From contig OY781066.1 in assembly GCA_963676395.1 (NCBI GenBank), forward strand, positions 1,824,001 to 1,888,000: 64,000 bases of DNA. The letters run 5' to 3'. How positions within the stretch are numbered: the stretch's first letter is position 1; each line of letters starts with the position of its first letter. This stretch comes from a bacterium (GTDB lineage: Bacteria > Fidelibacterota > Fidelibacteria > Fidelibacterales > Fidelibacteraceae). This document shows positions 60,131 through 64,000 of this stretch, piece by piece. The notes under the pieces were generated by a model. That model was not told where the DNA came from, did not search any database, and saw only the letters and a list, made by a program, of their open reading frames with translations. The position numbers and the translations under genes are program-made.

Positions 60131-60332
60131 ATGTTAATGGTGCTATAATTGTTAATACTGAATAAGGATTATCGATTTGAGTTTGAGAAAAATAAATAAA
60201 GAATTATTTTTCGATTAGCGATTTCTAACTTTAATAAAGCTTAAACCTTTTTTCTATGGATCATTGTGCACATGTCTCCGTATAGGTCGATTTCCCAATA
60301 TCGATGATAGGTCACAAATTAATGTTAAAAAT

Positions 60333-60359
60333 AAAAAAACCGCCCTTTCGGACGGTTTT
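60333..60359 (-). terminator. Terminator of the beta-barrel gene
   Basis: AAAAAAACCG.CC-TTTC-GG.CGGTTTT. Confidence 0.7.
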
Positions 60360-60383
60360 CTCTCTTTTATTTTCTAAACTTTT

Positions 60384-60842
60384 TTAGAATGTCCAACGAA
60401 CAGCAAGTCCTGTATTACCAAGATGTCCTGCCCAGCCACCAAGAATATCAAGACCGGGTTTCCAATCTAATGATACTGATAAGGGGAGATTGATGTGTTG
60501 TTTAAGGTCGTATTCAACACCAATAACTCCGTCAATGCCTAGAGCTAATGCTGCAGCCCACCATGAAGATATACCAAGATGTGCACCACCACCATAATAC
60601 CAGGATAAACCTTCAAGCTCACCTAGTTTAAGGGGTTTATGCCATTCATAAACACCGGTAACAATAAGACCGTTATTATACCCTAGAGTAGCTTCTATAG
60701 CATTGTTTTCGGTCCAAAGACGGCCAACAATTCCTGAGCGAACTCCGCCGCGTAGACCAATATCCATGTTATTACCTTCTTTGGCAATAGCAAAAGATGC
60801 AATCAGTACCAAAATCATTAGGATTGCGAGTAATTTCTTCAT
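60384..60842 (-). CDS. Small outer-membrane beta-barrel protein
   Basis: Signal peptide, IGLRGG, WYYGGGAH.G, G.EY, SLDWKP, terminal RWTF. Confidence 0.75.
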   Translation of the reverse strand: MKKLLAILMILVLIASFAIAKEGNNMDIGLRGGVRSGIVGRLWTENNAIEATLGYNNGLIVTGVYEWHKPLKLGELEGLSWYYGGGAHLGISSWWAAALALGIDGVIGVEYDLKQHINLPLSVSLDWKPGLDILGGWAGHLGNTGLAVRWTF

Positions 60843-61069
60843 TCCTTCTCCTTTTTATTTCCTTTCGTGTCAAATAACCATTGCATTCATAAGAATCGCA
60901 ATATTTTTTATTTCACTTTTGTAAAATCCCATTCCTTGTTGCAATATATGAAGGAAAATTTGAAATACCACTAAAAAATATTTACTCTGAATTGGAACGA
61001 AAATGTGTTGAAATTCATTGGTTTTAGGTAAAGTAATGCTTATTTTCTGCACGCTAAAAAAGGACATAT

Positions 61070-62857
61070 ATGAAAAAAGTACTTATAACATTATTGGTGT
61101 TCGCTATGGTTTTTGCGGCACCGGACCCGGACTATTATGACACCGCTGCGGGTTTATCCGGGGAAGCTTTGAAGGCAGCTCTACATGAAATTATTGATGA
61201 CCATACAACATATTCTTATGATGATTTATGGGCTAATTTAAAATATACAGATGAAGATTGGAATAATTCTGGCAATTTTATTTTATTATACTCTGGATGG
61301 TCAGTAAGTAAATCATCATCCTATCCCGTCTGGAATAGAGAACATTCCTGGCCTAAAGCTCATGGTGATTTTGGGACGAGTCGTCCCACAGGTACGGACA
61401 TGCATCATTTACGACCAACAGATTGTGATGTAAATTCTACTCGTGGTAGCAAGGATTACGATAATGGTGGATCAAGGGTTACTGTAAAAGCGGGACAAAC
61501 AAATTGCTATTCGGATGGTGATTCCTTTGAACCTCGCGATGAAGTTAAAGGTGATTGCGCTCGTATGATGTTTTATATGGTCACTCGTTATGAAGGTGAC
61601 AGTGGAGAACCGGATCTTGAATTAGTTGATTATACAGGCACCAGTGGCTCTAAATTGGGTAAGCTTTCTACACTCATTGCTTGGCATAATGCCGATCCCG
61701 TTGATGATTGGGAGGCTCGTCGAAACGATAGGGTTGAAGAATATCAACACAACAGAAACCCCTTTATCGATCACCCCGAATATGTTGCTTATATCTGGGG
61801 TGGAGAAACCCCTGATGATCTTCAGGCTCCCGTAGCGGCTGCCGCAACGAATATTGATTCAAGCTCGTTCACAGCCTCATGGTCGACCGTTGATGGTGCG
61901 ACAGGTTATGAACTTTATGTTGCGACAGATGCGGTATTTTATAATCCCGTTAGTGGCTATAACCCTAAAGATCTAACAACGCTTAGTGAAACAGTGACAG
62001 GTCTACAACCTTCAACCAAATATTATTATAAACTCAAAGCTTATAATAATGATGAGACTTCGATTTTTTCAAATATTGTTGTATTAACGACCCTTGAAGG
62101 TGCTGGAGATACAACAGTTACACCTCCGGATACAAATCAAACTCATATTGAAACCTTTGCCAATTTTCCAGAGACCGGTTCTTCATATTATAGTGGGACT
62201 TTTGTGGGCCAGGATGGCTTAACTTGGACCTATGAAAGTTGTCGCGGAGATCAAGAAATAGTTGAAGAAACACCATGCCTTGGAAAAGGCAGAACTCCCG
62301 AAGCCAGCATAACATCGGGAAGCATCCCGAATGGTATCAGTACACTGAGTTTTGATTACAAGCAAGCATTTTCTACCGATGTAAGTGTTGATGTGTATGT
62401 GAATGATGTGCTGAAAGCAACGGTTACCTCAAACAACGAACAATTCATTATAAAGAATAGCGGTACCATCAATGTTGATGAACCAAGTACGGCCGTGATT
62501 AAATTAGTTCAGACATCTTCAAGTGCTGGACAGGTTTCTATTGATAACCTTTCATGGTCATCCTACCCTGTAAGCGTTGTACCTGTGTTACCTAAAGAAT
62601 TTTCATTAGGTAATGCCTATCCAAACCCCTTTAACCCTTCTTGTACATTACCTTTAACTTTAGATCAGGATTCTCATATTTCTGTTTCTCTTTACGATGT
62701 TATGGGTCATATGAAGAAAAGTATTTTTTCAGGCTTTATGTCTGCGGGTGCACATGATATCTATGTGAATGCTTCTGATATACCGACAGGTATGTATTTG
62801 ATCAAAGTTGAGCATTATAGTGGCAGTGAAATGCGGAAAGTATTATTAATCAAATAA
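61070..62857 (+). CDS. Secreted endonuclease I family nuclease with FN3 domain and T9SS/FlgD-type tail
   Basis: WNREHSWP, DMHHLRP, KGDCARMMFYM..RY, NRNPFIDHP, FN3 (TGLQPSTKY), YPNPFNP. Confidence 0.9.
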   Translation: MKKVLITLLVFAMVFAAPDPDYYDTAAGLSGEALKAALHEIIDDHTTYSYDDLWANLKYTDEDWNNSGNFILLYSGWSVSKSSSYPVWNREHSWPKAHGDFGTSRPTGTDMHHLRPTDCDVNSTRGSKDYDNGGSRVTVKAGQTNCYSDGDSFEPRDEVKGDCARMMFYMVTRYEGDSGEPDLELVDYTGTSGSKLGKLSTLIAWHNADPVDDWEARRNDRVEEYQHNRNPFIDHPEYVAYIWGGETPDDLQAPVAAAATNIDSSSFTASWSTVDGATGYELYVATDAVFYNPVSGYNPKDLTTLSETVTGLQPSTKYYYKLKAYNNDETSIFSNIVVLTTLEGAGDTTVTPPDTNQTHIETFANFPETGSSYYSGTFVGQDGLTWTYESCRGDQEIVEETPCLGKGRTPEASITSGSIPNGISTLSFDYKQAFSTDVSVDVYVNDVLKATVTSNNEQFIIKNSGTINVDEPSTAVIKLVQTSSSAGQVSIDNLSWSSYPVSVVPVLPKEFSLGNAYPNPFNPSCTLPLTLDQDSHISVSLYDVMGHMKKSIFSGFMSAGAHDIYVNASDIPTGMYLIKVEHYSGSEMRKVLLIK

Positions 62858-62875
62858 AATGATTAACATATAAAA

Positions 62876-62906
62876 GTAGGGGCGGACCTGTGTGTTCGCC
62901 CTTTTT
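62876..62906 (+). terminator. Terminator formed by a GTAG-type REP-like hairpin
   Basis: GTAG-GGGCGGAC-CTGTGT-GTTCGCCC-TTTTT. Confidence 0.72.
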
Positions 62907-63068
62907 ATTTTTAAGCGATTTGACTTAAATTGGAATGCTTAGCATTGACTTAAATAAATCGACCCAAATCCAACAAATCATCAATTATCATTTAATTTCA
63001 TTAAAGCATTGAAAACAAAAGCAAATAAACTTAAATTATTCGTTAATAATAATGAAAGGAATCAAAAC

Positions 63069-64000
63069 ATGTCCCAAGTGAAAATTACTCTCCCTGACGG
63101 AGCGGTCAAGGCCTATGATCAAGGTGTGACTCCTATGGATATCGCCTTATCTATTTCTGAAGGTTTAGCACGCAATTGCGTTGTTGCCGAGGTCAACCAC
63201 CGTCTGACGGATATGGGACGAGAAATTACAGAGGATTCTGAGATACGCCTCATCACCTGGAGAGATGAAGAAGCGCATGAAGTGCTATTACACTCAACAG
63301 CTCACTTGATGGCTCAGGCCGTTCAGCGCTTGTATCCTGAAGTAAAAGTTACAATCGGACCCGCGATCGAAAATCGTTTTTACTATGATTTTGATACTGA
63401 AAAACCATTTACCGAAGATGATCTTGTAAAGATCGAAGCGGAAATGAAAAAGATCGTAAAAGAAAATATTCCCATTGTTCGTCAAGAAATATCACGCAAT
63501 GACGCGATCAAATTATTCGAAAAAATGGGAGAGACTTATAAGGTTGAGATCATCTCTGAGATCCCGGAAGATGAGATTCTTTCACTTTATTCGCAAGGCG
63601 ATTTTACTGATCTGTGTCGTGGACCGCATTTGTCATCCACGGGAAAGATTCCGGCATTTAAACTTTTAAGTGTAGCCGGAGCTTATTGGCGTGGTGATGA
63701 AAATAATAAAATGTTGTCTCGTATTTACGGAACAGCCTTTCCCTCTAAAAAAGAATTAAAAGCTTATCTTCAGTTAATGGAAGAAGCTAAGAAACGCGAT
63801 CACCGTAAGCTAGGTAAAGAACTTGATCTTTTCGAAATATCGGATACTGTTGGTCAAGGTTTATCTCTTTGGTATCCCAAAGGGGCTACAATGCGTAAGC
63901 TTATCGAAGATCGTTGGCATAAGGATCATCGTGAAAGTGGGTATGATATTGTTCAGACTCCCCATATTGGTAAGGCCGAATTGTGGGAAACCTCAGGTCA
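63069..64000 (+). CDS. thrS: Threonine--tRNA ligase (3' truncated by window edge; absent from ORF track)
   Basis: Manual translation: MSQVKITLPDG..., HSTAHLMAQAV, GPAIE..FYYD, DLCRGPH, GAYWRG, RDHRKLG. Confidence 0.97.
   Translation, partial: MSQVKITLPDGAVKAYDQGVTPMDIALSISEGLARNCVVAEVNHRLTDMGREITEDSEIRLITWRDEEAHEVLLHSTAHLMAQAVQRLYPEVKVTIGPAIENRFYYDFDTEKPFTEDDLVKIEAEMKKIVKENIPIVRQEISRNDAIKLFEKMGETYKVEIISEIPEDEILSLYSQGDFTDLCRGPHLSSTGKIPAFKLLSVAGAYWRGDENNKMLSRIYGTAFPSKKELKAYLQLMEEAKKRDHRKLGKELDLFEISDTVGQGLSLWYPKGATMRKLIEDRWHKDHRESGYDIVQTPHIGKAELWETSG

Noticed and set aside
62940..63068. T-box or other leader upstream of thrS
   Set aside because: A promoter candidate lies close to the start codon, and no T-box motif or terminator is present.

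Overview
Bacterial chromosomal window from an AT-rich, probably anaerobic FCB-superphylum organism. This is an inference from YPNPFNP-type C-terminal secretion tails, a DUF2723 protein, single-chain PFOR and a short EF-Ts; a Marinimicrobia-like lineage is plausible but unproven. The core genes are a CDP-dideoxysugar operon, gpmI, a fungal-type single-chain homoaconitase, tRNA-Lys, nifJ, radA, rplM-rpsI-rpsB-tsf-pyrH-frr and the 5' part of thrS. The most striking accessory element, at 7.76-16.9 kb, is an integron-like array of seven co-oriented minus-strand genes separated by seven attC-like foldbacks, with no integrase in the window. Its three promoter-proximal cassettes encode candidate anti-phage proteins (TIR+PLD-like fold, GIY-YIG, Mrr-like+TOPRIM), and one attC has lost an arm. 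The window also holds a Shango-like defence island with an extra nuclease, and two HUH/Y1 transposases, each beside its own palindromic repeat family and each with a CRP-like box upstream. One of these families is a 13-bp palindrome repeated every ~25 bp. There is also a 180-bp tandem foldback array. All protein calls come from motif recognition by eye, not from database searches.
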